This document shows positions 54,336 to 62,891 of a stretch of DNA of 64,000 bases, piece by piece. A program made the position numbers and the translations under genes. The DNA lies in sequence record NC_023688.1, one strand, 5' to 3'. The notes under the pieces are model-generated. The model saw only the letters and a list, made by a program, of their open reading frames with translations. It did not search any database and was not told the DNA's origin. Within the stretch, counting starts at the first letter, position 1; each line of letters starts with the position of its first letter.

Positions 54336-54378
54336 AAGCGCGTGACTGTAATTTACCACAATGTCACGCGCTTGTAAA
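54336..54378 (-). promoter_or_regulatory. Promoter/terminator hybrid with 11-bp IR
   Basis: (G)TTTACA-17-TAAATT; IR aagcgcgtgac / gtcacgcgctt followed by U tract. Confidence 0.65.
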
Positions 54379-54379
54379 C

Positions 54380-55171
54380 TTAGAATGTCAGAAGATTTGA
54401 ACGAGCTTTGTTGATTTCTTCGATGATTGCTTGTTCTTCTTTTGCCATTTCGACTCGCTCTTTACGAAGACGCTCAATTTCAGCGTCGTGCAGTCGCATC
54501 TTCTCATTCAGCAAACGAATACGGTCAAACTTCTCACCGTGATTCAGTTCGATGAAACGATTCACGCTTACCAGATACTGACGCTTGATTTCATTCTCAC
54601 TGACCGGCGGCAGAGAAGAAGTGATGGTCGGTTCATCCAGTTGTACTACTTCCACAGTTTCTTCCTTTTTGTATGGTTTCACCAGATCGGCAGCAACCAA
54701 TTCTTTGTTTTCTTGTTTAAGATACGGCATCATTTTCAGCGGTTTCAGTGTTTTCAGATCCGGAGACATAAAGATGTGAGCATCCAGTTGAATAACACCG
54801 TTCACAATCTTGGCATACCCCAACTTAACCATGTTGGAGTTTTCCATATGATTCACGTATTTGGAACGAATGACCATACGAATACAGTGAAACGATGCAA
54901 ACTGATTGATAGCGCGAACAACAGACGCAGTATCCCACACCACAGCTTCATCACCAAATGCACGATAGAACTTACGTTTCATGTTGAGATTGGTTTCAAG
55001 ACGATCAGCTTTCTTTACGTGTTCGGCGGTATAATCGTTATACACGCGAATGGTTTGACCTTTTACGGTAACATTCTTGAAAAAGATGTGATTCAGAATC
55101 GCACGACAAGCGTTATGATTCTTGATTGATTCTTTCATCTTATTCCGATTTGATTTTACTTGACTGCTCAT
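54380..55171 (-). CDS. Hypothetical protein with C-terminal coiled coil (paralog of next)
   Basis: ILNHIFFKNVTVKGQT N-terminal motif. Confidence 0.7.
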   Translation of the reverse strand: MSSQVKSNRNKMKESIKNHNACRAILNHIFFKNVTVKGQTIRVYNDYTAEHVKKADRLETNLNMKRKFYRAFGDEAVVWDTASVVRAINQFASFHCIRMVIRSKYVNHMENSNMVKLGYAKIVNGVIQLDAHIFMSPDLKTLKPLKMMPYLKQENKELVAADLVKPYKKEETVEVVQLDEPTITSSLPPVSENEIKRQYLVSVNRFIELNHGEKFDRIRLLNEKMRLHDAEIERLRKERVEMAKEEQAIIEEINKARSNLLTF

Positions 55172-56049
55172 TACGCTTCCTTAAAGCTGTATTTGTCGAG
55201 AATTTGAGTCATGATAGTGATTTTCGGTTGCAAAGTCAACATCACCTCATGATATTCTGCATATGCTTGTTGTTGTTCTGCAACAGCCTGATCAAGCTGT
55301 GCTTGTGCTTGTGCCAACAGTTGCTTGAACTGTTTCACATTGACACTCTTAGATTCAACAACGCGCTCCAGTTCTTGAAGTTGAGCGAAACCAGGCAGAA
55401 CTTTTTCGAAATCGATATTAAAAACATCTTGACTTTGAACTTCTTTCTTGCTCATTTCTTCCAGAGTTCGGACGTTCTCGGTTCTGGTGTTTTTATAGCA
55501 GATATCAAAGCCTATTGAATTTTTATCCGTGCGAACATCAAACAGTTTGTTTTCACCAAACACAGGAACAGTGATAACAACACGACTCTTATATTGTGTT
55601 GGGTCACAGTGCCAGACACGCATACCGGTTTCGCCGTCTTTGAATCCCCAGTTCTCCATAGAGAAGTGTTTGCCGAGATTTGAATTAAGCAGCTTCTCAG
55701 GAACTTGTGATTTGAAATACAATGCGATTTGCGTAGGAGAAATCACACGATATTGCCAAATGCTCGTTTGAAGACTAGGCCAAATCGGGCGCAATTTTTC
55801 GTATTGGTCATATTCCGCATTGACGTTGTTATACAACGATTTGCTAAAGAAACTATCGGTACCAAACATTGCCACGAATGCGGATGCAATGCGAACCAGA
55901 TTGGTACTGGAAAACATATTACCGTCAAACGCACGGGTCTGAGTCTTACCGTCGATAGTCACGTTTTCACAGAACAGGATCTGATTCATACGAACAACGA
56001 AGTTTTTGAATTTCTTGTCCTTGAATACCTGCTTACGTTCTTTTTTCAT
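55171..56049 (-). CDS. Hypothetical protein with C-terminal coiled coil (paralog of previous)
   Basis: MNQILFCENVTIDGKT; QAQAQLDQAVAEQQQ coil. Confidence 0.7.
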   Translation of the reverse strand: MKKERKQVFKDKKFKNFVVRMNQILFCENVTIDGKTQTRAFDGNMFSSTNLVRIASAFVAMFGTDSFFSKSLYNNVNAEYDQYEKLRPIWPSLQTSIWQYRVISPTQIALYFKSQVPEKLLNSNLGKHFSMENWGFKDGETGMRVWHCDPTQYKSRVVITVPVFGENKLFDVRTDKNSIGFDICYKNTRTENVRTLEEMSKKEVQSQDVFNIDFEKVLPGFAQLQELERVVESKSVNVKQFKQLLAQAQAQLDQAVAEQQQAYAEYHEVMLTLQPKITIMTQILDKYSFKEA

Positions 56050-56051
56050 TA

Positions 56052-56276
56052 TTAAGCCTCCGCTTTGATATAATCAACGATGTCGTCAAAGTTAGCAGAT
56101 TCCACGCCAACACCAGATTCATCATTGACACTAAACACCGTGCCGTAATCTTCATCTTCGCGTTGTGCTACAGTAAAAACTCGACCGTTCTTCATGTGGA
56201 CATTCATTTCATTTTGATTGTCCAGATCCAGATTGATGTATTTCACGGTTTCGATAGCGGAGATTTGAGCCAACAT
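56052..56276 (-). CDS. Hypothetical protein
   Basis: 74 aa, cassette promoter/RBS. Confidence 0.6.
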   Translation of the reverse strand: MLAQISAIETVKYINLDLDNQNEMNVHMKNGRVFTVAQREDEDYGTVFSVNDESGVGVESANFDDIVDYIKAEA

Positions 56277-56317
56277 GATGTATTCCTCTTTTGTTTTGAT
56301 GTAGCTATCTTAACAGA

Positions 56318-56851
56318 TCAGTATTCTACGTCAAGGACTTTTCTCGCATAATCCACGTTTTTTACACATTGAATTAGCTCACCAAGTTTTTCTTTCTTGA
56401 TAGTCAACGTGGTAAAATCACCGTCGCTATTCATATCAAAAATCACGTTCTCTTTTGACGTTCTAACACCAAGTCTTGAATCATTGATTTTCATTCGACC
56501 GACTTGAATGTCTTTAGATTTGAACACGGATTCGGTTACGATAGAATTCGATCTCTCGATAAACCTAACAAACTTGTCGTGGTCCGCTCGTTTCGGCAAC
56601 TGAAACAAAACCTTTTTATTAAAGTTCTCAGTTACCTCCATCACAGTAGTATGATCTTTGATATAAAATGAAATAGTGTAAAACTGATTGACACCAACAC
56701 CAGAACAAGCAACCGCTTCCTTATTGTTGGCAATCAACTGATTATAGAAATCCGACTGATCTACAATAGCGGCGTTTGCAGAACAAACCACAAACGCCAT
56801 TGCTATCTTAGTTGCCAGATTCTTCACATTCTTCGGGAAGAACGGAATCAT
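56318..56851 (-). CDS. Exported protein (Sec signal peptide)
   Basis: KNLATKIAMAFVVCSANA|A. Confidence 0.6.
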   Translation of the reverse strand: MIPFFPKNVKNLATKIAMAFVVCSANAAIVDQSDFYNQLIANNKEAVACSGVGVNQFYTISFYIKDHTTVMEVTENFNKKVLFQLPKRADHDKFVRFIERSNSIVTESVFKSKDIQVGRMKINDSRLGVRTSKENVIFDMNSDGDFTTLTIKKEKLGELIQCVKNVDYARKVLDVEY

Positions 56852-57131
56852 CACACAGCACCTCTTCTTCGTTAGTACCATTATCGACTTGTTGATCGTT
56901 ACCATTCTGCATAGCATTCATAAGCATCATGGTAGTTACCACGTTTGCGGCAGTGTTGGTATGAACTGCGGCATTGCTCACTGTAGTAGCAGGGCGAACC
57001 GGTGCGCTAACTGAGACTGGACGCGATACGGTCATCGGGCGGCTGATAGTCATTGGACGACTCATGCTAATAGCAGCGTTAGCAGAACCGATCATAGAAA
57101 ACAGAGCGATAGCCAGAATTGATTTTTTCAT
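56808..57131 (-). CDS. Exported low-complexity protein with SRPMT/SRPVS repeats
   Basis: MKKSILAIALFSMIGSANA|A then SRPMTISRPMTVSRPVSV. Confidence 0.7.
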   Translation of the reverse strand: MKKSILAIALFSMIGSANAAISMSRPMTISRPMTVSRPVSVSAPVRPATTVSNAAVHTNTAANVVTTMMLMNAMQNGNDQQVDNGTNEEEVLCDDSVLPEECEESGN

Positions 57132-57245
57132 TTGTACCTCAAACAGAATAGGCATAATGCCATGATAAGTATTGTTGTCAGTGTTTCCACTTTCTTAACC
57201 CTCTTGTAAAAGTTTTAAGAAAGTGGGGAACAAGTCCCCGACTTT

Positions 57246-57479
57246 TTAATCTACTTTTCTGATTACAACGTGAAACCCGTTGTTTTTCAGTTTTGTTTCA
57301 AGACGACAAGCTTTCTTAAAATCTTCAATCGTTGTTGTTGCGTTAAAACCGATTACATCACCAGCTTTAGAGCGAACAGCTACAGCTTTCATCACAGTAT
57401 CAACCAACAGAATTTCGTTGTTGTTGGTGATGGAGATATAACGCTCGGTCGGTACAACTACAGTGAAAACATATTTCAT
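57246..57479 (-). CDS. Hypothetical protein
   Basis: 77 aa, SD GAGGAG. Confidence 0.6.
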   Translation of the reverse strand: MKYVFTVVVPTERYISITNNNEILLVDTVMKAVAVRSKAGDVIGFNATTTIEDFKKACRLETKLKNNGFHVVIRKVD

Positions 57480-57524
57480 GATAAGCTCCTCTCAGAAAGT
57501 AGAGCTATCTTACACTCGCACGAA

Positions 57525-57854
57525 TCAGATGTCAAACATTTTCATCAAAGAAGATTTTTCTTTTTTCTCGACGTTTGTGGCAATAATCTCATGATCGCTT
57601 TTCGTCTTTGAACCACCGGTATATGTAACCGCAAAATCAACAATGCGATCAATTCCAAACGTTTCATCAAACAGTTGATGTTTTTTGTTGCAGAAAATGA
57701 CCTTATGTTTATTCATAAGATTCAAAGCATAACGCGATGATTCTTCTTGCAACTTATAGCCAAACGAGTTTCTATCGTCATATCTGGTAAAGCTATTGAT
57801 GTATGGCGGGTCCATAAACACCAACGAGTTTACGGGAAACCCGGTACTGCTCAT
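57525..57854 (-). pseudogene. C-terminal fragment of a Dam-like adenine methyltransferase
   Basis: VFMDPPY...VIFCN...HEIIATN with no SAM-binding motif I; has its own promoter and RBS. Confidence 0.65.
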
Positions 57855-57881
57855 TTATCTCTACTTTGTTACGATGAAGAT

Positions 57882-57910
57882 ATCATACTCGATACATACA
57901 CCGTGGTCAA
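57882..57910 (-). promoter_or_regulatory. Promoter of the Dam fragment
   Basis: TTGACC-17-TATGAT. Confidence 0.7.
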
Positions 57911-57916
57911 TCATTT

Positions 57917-58459
57917 TTATTGAAAATCGGAAACTTTTGTATGATTCACGCTTACATCGCTTTCAACCGCCGCATTCATCTGAGTACAGCCTTGAAGCAT
58001 CATGTATGGGTTGGTGTGCATCAACTGAGAACCAATCACAACGCCTTGTTCGAAACCGGCTTGAACCTTAGCGGCATCATAGTTCGGATTAGATTTCGCA
58101 TCTTTCAGAACTTTGGTCTTAAAGTGATTGTAGTAGCTGGAATTTGACATCCGAGCTTGAGCACACTTACTGGTGATACCAAGTCCACGACCCAGATTGA
58201 AAGAGAAGTTCTTGGCTTCATCTTCTGCGATTCGTTGATCGATCTTGGCGTCGTTCTGGCGAGACCATTCTTTCTGCTCTGCTTCGATAGCGTTACGCGC
58301 TTCGCGTTCTTCCAGATTGATTGTAAGCTGTTTGGCTTGTTCTTCCATGTTGTTCAGAAAGTTGATCTGACTATGACGCGCACCGATGTCGTATTCATCG
58401 GACGGGATAGAAGCACAACCACCAAGCAGTAAACCAGCAATCAGAATAAGACGTTTCAT
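57917..58459 (-). CDS. Lipoprotein
   Basis: MKRLILIAGLLLGG|C lipobox. Confidence 0.8.
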   Translation of the reverse strand: MKRLILIAGLLLGGCASIPSDEYDIGARHSQINFLNNMEEQAKQLTINLEEREARNAIEAEQKEWSRQNDAKIDQRIAEDEAKNFSFNLGRGLGITSKCAQARMSNSSYYNHFKTKVLKDAKSNPNYDAAKVQAGFEQGVVIGSQLMHTNPYMMLQGCTQMNAAVESDVSVNHTKVSDFQ

Positions 58460-58785
58460 TTGGCACCTACACAGTTAACAAAAATACGGAAATCGGACGG
58501 CGTGAGATTGATTTCAACGCGATCATTTTTTAACACAGGATTGTTGATGTTGTCAACCAGTTCCTGTTTGCTCATTTCAAAAAAGAAATGAGACGGGTCG
58601 GTTGGATTAAACGGGTCGGCAGTGTAGCTAGTGAACACAACACCGGTTTTTTGTCCAACGTGAGCGAAAGACATCAGAGAGCGATCATAACCACCTTCTT
58701 TGGTGAAAGTTTCGCACTCGGTAGTGGCAGCGGTAGCGCCGAAAGAAAACAGGGTAGCAACAAGAAACAGATTTTTCATTTTCAT
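58456..58785 (-). CDS. Exported protein (Sec signal peptide)
   Basis: MKMKNLFLVATLFSFGATA|A. Confidence 0.7.
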   Translation of the reverse strand: MKMKNLFLVATLFSFGATAATTECETFTKEGGYDRSLMSFAHVGQKTGVVFTSYTADPFNPTDPSHFFFEMSKQELVDNINNPVLKNDRVEINLTPSDFRIFVNCVGAK

Positions 58786-58911
58786 TTTATTTTCGCGACC
58801 CACTAACGATAGCTCTAAGAATGCCCCCATTCACCTAGCACAAACAATTAAGTTAAGTTAAAAGTTAGTGTAAGAAAAGAGCTACCGTTAGTGGGTCCCG
58901 TCTCCAATTTG

Positions 58912-59451
58912 TTATTTCAGATAAGAAGTAGCGGATTCAACACAACCGGAAATCATGTCTGCCGATCCGTTGATATCAACAGCATAACCACCAACGAGGG
59001 AAGAATCATCTTGAACACCGAGATAAACTTCGCCGGTTGCATACTTATCGACGTCAACCTTTACCTCATTGAAAGAAACGTATTCATACTGGAAGAATTC
59101 GTCATCAACCAATTCTTTAACATCGGAGTTTGCAACCAGTTTGATTTGACGGGCAAACTCAGTTGCATTTGCTTTGCTCATTGCGCCAAACATCGGAGAA
59201 AGAGCTTGATTACCTTCCAGCATGTAGCCGATAACAACAACGGTATTGGATTTCAGATTCACACCGATACCGAGTTGTTCGGGACCAACTTCGCCTGTAA
59301 AGTCGATGGTACACACGTTAGCACTTCGTTTTGCTGCCAGTTGTGCTTGAACTTCGTCCATAGTCAGTTGAACAAAGTTTTCGACGGTAGCGGCATTCGC
59401 TACACAGGAAAAGCCGAACAGCATTGCAAATACAGATTTCTTGAAATTCAT
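58912..59451 (-). CDS. Exported acidic protein (Sec signal peptide)
   Basis: MNFKKSVFAMLFGFSCVANA|A. Confidence 0.7.
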   Translation of the reverse strand: MNFKKSVFAMLFGFSCVANAATVENFVQLTMDEVQAQLAAKRSANVCTIDFTGEVGPEQLGIGVNLKSNTVVVIGYMLEGNQALSPMFGAMSKANATEFARQIKLVANSDVKELVDDEFFQYEYVSFNEVKVDVDKYATGEVYLGVQDDSSLVGGYAVDINGSADMISGCVESATSYLK

Positions 59452-59474
59452 GATTAAGTCTCTTTGTTGTTTCG

Positions 59475-59789
59475 TTATGAAGCTATAGTAATCTCTTTAG
59501 CGACTGAGGTCAAGGTGTTTTTGAAATTTTTTGCGATTTCGAGTTCAGTTTCACCAAATACTTGCACGATTTGCCACATGTAAATGTTATCAAAGTCTGA
59601 TGTTTCGTGAGAATAAACACTTCTCAGAACTACCCAGTGATCTGAATATTTGTATTCAGATACTCCCCACCCACGACTAACTCGTTCTTTTTTGGTAGCG
59701 AATGCAACAGCATAAGCACCACGAGGGACCGGACCATCATAGGTACTATCGCTAATATCGTATTGCTTTTCCTGAAAATAATACTTCAT
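59475..59789 (-). CDS. Hypothetical protein
   Basis: 104 aa, SD GAGGA. Confidence 0.6.
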   Translation of the reverse strand: MKYYFQEKQYDISDSTYDGPVPRGAYAVAFATKKERVSRGWGVSEYKYSDHWVVLRSVYSHETSDFDNIYMWQIVQVFGETELEIAKNFKNTLTSVAKEITIAS

Positions 59790-59791
59790 GA

Positions 59792-60253
59792 TTATTCCTC
59801 AAATGTAAGTAATGTAATAACACGGTCTTCGCGTCGAATAATGCGAACATCATTAGGTGGATTTTTAACATACTCACGAATTTCGTTTTGTAGCTTTTCC
59901 GTGAACATTCCGTGTCTATTACCCCATCTGATTTTCATCATATCAGAGTCAACAACAGGATACAAGCCATATTCCAGTTTTATTTGTTCTTCGTCAAACT
60001 TATAATCTCGAACTCGTTCCATATAGCGAACTAAAAAGTGGTCTGACAGATTCAGACAACCAACAGTTCGCCAAGTGTTATAACAAAAGTGATCTTGAAT
60101 TCGTCCATTCTTCCAGTCGCCCGGCAATACAGTTCGTTCAACACCATTCAAAATACGATTGCTTTCAGCAATGCAATCGTTAATCTCTTGAAGTTGTTGA
60201 TTGAGTTTTAGAACCTTCGACGGACGAACTCGTCTAAGTCTACGACCTTGCAT
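59792..60253 (-). CDS. Hypothetical protein
   Basis: 153 aa; LSDHFLVRYMERV. Confidence 0.6.
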   Translation of the reverse strand: MQGRRLRRVRPSKVLKLNQQLQEINDCIAESNRILNGVERTVLPGDWKNGRIQDHFCYNTWRTVGCLNLSDHFLVRYMERVRDYKFDEEQIKLEYGLYPVVDSDMMKIRWGNRHGMFTEKLQNEIREYVKNPPNDVRIIRREDRVITLLTFEE

Positions 60254-60255
60254 AC

Positions 60256-60843
60256 TTATTTCCCCAGATAAAAATCAATTGCCTTGTGTGGATCAACGAA
60301 GATCTTAACAAGCAGATCGGAAACATCACACTGACCACCGCCATCAACTTTAGTAAAGGTGTGTCGAGTCTCGGTATTATCGCAATACCAGGTCTTTCCG
60401 TCAATCTCTTTTGTTTCTCGATGATTATGACTATGCACTTTATGATTTCTGATTTCAATAGGCATCAGACGAATTTCGTTCTTAATAAACACCACATATT
60501 TGATCTCAATCATGTTTGTCATGCCAAGCATACGGCATTCGATCTGAGTCAAATCCATATTGTTGATGCGATTCACATATGCAGTAGCTTCATGAACAGT
60601 GGTAAACACACGATTGACCGTGTATGCGTCGTGATGCAGATCGTCATTAATGATGTTGTAATCATTATAATCAATCTCTTTGAATTGACCACTACCAACA
60701 ATTTGAATAACAGCTTTGTTGTCATTGATACTAACAACTTTACCGGTAAACATCAATGCGGTAACTTTATTATCGGTCTTGCGAACAATCACAGCGGACA
60801 AGTTATTATCGTATTTGATTTGATTTTTGGATGAAACTAACAT
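60256..60843 (-). CDS. Hypothetical protein
   Basis: 195 aa, SD GGAG. Confidence 0.6.
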   Translation of the reverse strand: MLVSSKNQIKYDNNLSAVIVRKTDNKVTALMFTGKVVSINDNKAVIQIVGSGQFKEIDYNDYNIINDDLHHDAYTVNRVFTTVHEATAYVNRINNMDLTQIECRMLGMTNMIEIKYVVFIKNEIRLMPIEIRNHKVHSHNHRETKEIDGKTWYCDNTETRHTFTKVDGGGQCDVSDLLVKIFVDPHKAIDFYLGK

Positions 60844-60897
60844 GATGATCTCCTATGTGTTTTCGACAATGAGCACTCGAAAGTGCTCATTAGCAAA

Positions 60898-61320
60898 TTA
60901 CGCAGTAACGAAATCGGCGATGATTCGCGGATTGGCAATGTGACCACTCAGTTTCCAGATAGAAACGGTGTCGGTCGTGTTCTTGATCTTGTGTTCGCGA
61001 GCAACTTCCATCGCTTGTTTATCAGTCATAGGACTCATAAACACGCTTTGACCGTCTGCATTAGTAATTTGAACGATAGAGGTCAGTTTGCCTTGTTTGA
61101 CACCAACACCAATATCACTCATGATCTTCTTGGCTTCGGTATCGTTGATCTCATCCAGAGACTTGATACTCAGATAAACACGTTTGCCGTCAATGCGCAG
61201 AACACCAGAACAAACACCATCACGCCAAGTATAATCTTCCATCTTAGCAACAGCGCCGTGATGCTTAGATTTTACGTTGTTTACACGAACCATACCACGA
61301 TAAGAAGTTTTTACAGCCAT
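60898..61320 (-). CDS. Hypothetical protein
   Basis: 140 aa, SD GAGGTG; hairpin atgagcact/agtgctcat downstream. Confidence 0.6.
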   Translation of the reverse strand: MAVKTSYRGMVRVNNVKSKHHGAVAKMEDYTWRDGVCSGVLRIDGKRVYLSIKSLDEINDTEAKKIMSDIGVGVKQGKLTSIVQITNADGQSVFMSPMTDKQAMEVAREHKIKNTTDTVSIWKLSGHIANPRIIADFVTA

Positions 61321-61328
61321 TTTTCACC

Positions 61329-61889
61329 TCAGATAAATTTGAATGTTTGTAGTGCTTCTTGACTAAGTTGCACTACCAGGTCTTTTTCGATACAGAGCTT
61401 TGAATACAGGTCCAGCTTATCAGCTTTCACCAGTATGTCAACGATTTTATCGAACTTTTCTTTTGCTTCCCAATCGCCGTCAGCAACGATTGTAAATTCA
61501 GCAGTCGCAACAACAAACTCGCCTTCTATACCACGCGCTTTGGTCAAGCTGTAGGCATAGAAATCAAAGCTTTCACGCTTTGCAACTGCGGCATATTTTC
61601 GCACTTCCTCGATGCTATGCATGACCGCATCAAGAGGGAACATTGTGTTGAAATTGTATTTCCACTTGCCATGATAGTCGAATGCGCCACAATGACGTTG
61701 CAGATCAACAAACAGGTTTTCATGACTGTCTTCATACATCGGACGATGTGCGCGATGATTCCATCCACAATGAGTATGGCCCATCTTACCAGCTTGTTGA
61801 CAGTTCACGCGCTCCAGATCATCTTGGATTGGTTTGCGTCCAGTGAACTTTTTAAACAGTTTGGCATCCATTTCGGTTTTAAGACGCAT
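61329..61889 (-). CDS. Hypothetical protein with N-terminal Cys/His motif
   Basis: TGRKPIQDDLERVNC..AG..GHTHCGW. Confidence 0.6.
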   Translation of the reverse strand: MRLKTEMDAKLFKKFTGRKPIQDDLERVNCQQAGKMGHTHCGWNHRAHRPMYEDSHENLFVDLQRHCGAFDYHGKWKYNFNTMFPLDAVMHSIEEVRKYAAVAKRESFDFYAYSLTKARGIEGEFVVATAEFTIVADGDWEAKEKFDKIVDILVKADKLDLYSKLCIEKDLVVQLSQEALQTFKFI

Positions 61890-62052
61890 ATGAGATCTCC
61901 AAAATACCGTATATGAAGATGATGAACATCACGATTACCCCATTTTTGAGACAGTCGATCATTTGCATCGGTGTGAACTTTGAATTAAACGTCATGTAAA
62001 TCATACGAGCTATGAACATCGCAACAAATACAATCAGAATATAATAACGCAT
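61879..62052 (-). CDS. Small membrane protein (57 aa, not in ORF track)
   Basis: MRYYILIVFVAMFIARMIYM...VIVMFIIFIYGILEISYAS. Confidence 0.55.
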   Translation of the reverse strand: MRYYILIVFVAMFIARMIYMTFNSKFTPMQMIDCLKNGVIVMFIIFIYGILEISYAS

Positions 62053-62315
62053 TACATGTCCTCCAGAATAACGATCTCACGGTCTTTCGGGTTTGCGTCA
62101 TAGTCAAAGAAAGACATCACGCCATCTTTGCGAGCGGTCAAATAACCAAGATGATTATCAACTTGCTCGATTGTGTAGCCGTTTTCTTTCAGAAACATAA
62201 CAACTTCTTGATGCGCGTGAGTGCGACCACACCCAGTCCAGTCAATCACAGCGGCTTTAGCACCAGCGTTGTTAGAAACAAACAGAGCATTGCGAACGTT
62301 ATTCGGATTAAACAT
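62052..62315 (-). CDS. Hypothetical protein
   Basis: 87 aa, own promoter. Confidence 0.6.
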   Translation of the reverse strand: MFNPNNVRNALFVSNNAGAKAAVIDWTGCGRTHAHQEVVMFLKENGYTIEQVDNHLGYLTARKDGVMSFFDYDANPKDREIVILEDM

Positions 62316-62337
62316 GGTGTATTCCTCTTGTCTTGAT

Positions 62338-62372
62338 ATGGTTCATTATACGCTAATGAACCATGGCGTCAA
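62338..62372 (-). promoter_or_regulatory. Early promoter with 11-bp IR
   Basis: TTGACG-16-TATAAT; IR atggttcatta / taatgaaccat. Confidence 0.75.
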
Positions 62373-62723
62373 TCACTTTTTCAAAGCTTTTGGATCAAAA
62401 TGCCAGAATCGAACTTTTTTACCGTTGTGCATGTATTGATCAAACACGATACCATGAGTCTTGCGCATATGCTCGATGTTTTCTTCGGACTGTTTGAATG
62501 CATTGCGAACGTCGCGCTCCCAAGTCTCAACCCAGCGAGTTTTAACAAACTCGTTGATCTTGTCGTCTTTTCGATTATACATGTCCAGATGTTTGTTGAA
62601 ATCTGAGTTTTCGCGCAGATAATCAACGATATCATTGTTACTGAATTTCACAAACGGAACACTTTTGATAGCCGGAATAGCATACATCAGAACGGCAGCA
62701 CGTACACTCAGTTTCTTTTTCAT
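62373..62723 (-). CDS. Hypothetical protein
   Basis: 116 aa, SD GAGG. Confidence 0.6.
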   Translation of the reverse strand: MKKKLSVRAAVLMYAIPAIKSVPFVKFSNNDIVDYLRENSDFNKHLDMYNRKDDKINEFVKTRWVETWERDVRNAFKQSEENIEHMRKTHGIVFDQYMHNGKKVRFWHFDPKALKK

Positions 62724-62726
62724 ATA

Positions 62727-62891
62727 TTAACCTCTTACGTTTTTAATTACGGATGAACCAATATCAGCGATTGTACCAACTGCGGCAATAAGCAGCACGA
62801 TAACAACCACACAGAAACCAAGTGCGACACTGGCAATATAAACCCAGTTTTCGATAATCCACGAAAACACACTAACAATTGAATCAAGCAT
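62727..62891 (-). CDS. Small membrane protein (54 aa, not in ORF track)
   Basis: MLDSIVSVFSWIIENWVYIASVALGFCVVVIVLLIAAVG... Confidence 0.55.
   Translation of the reverse strand: MLDSIVSVFSWIIENWVYIASVALGFCVVVIVLLIAAVGTIADIGSSVIKNVRG

Noticed and set aside
56990-57070. Short tandem repeats as CRISPR or VNTR
   Set aside because: They are in-frame coding repeats (SRPMT) with no spacers or cas genes.
58830-58900. AT-rich AGTTA repeats as a third copy of the palindromic element
   Set aside because: No GAGAAGATA/TATCTTCTC arms and no alignment to copies A/B.
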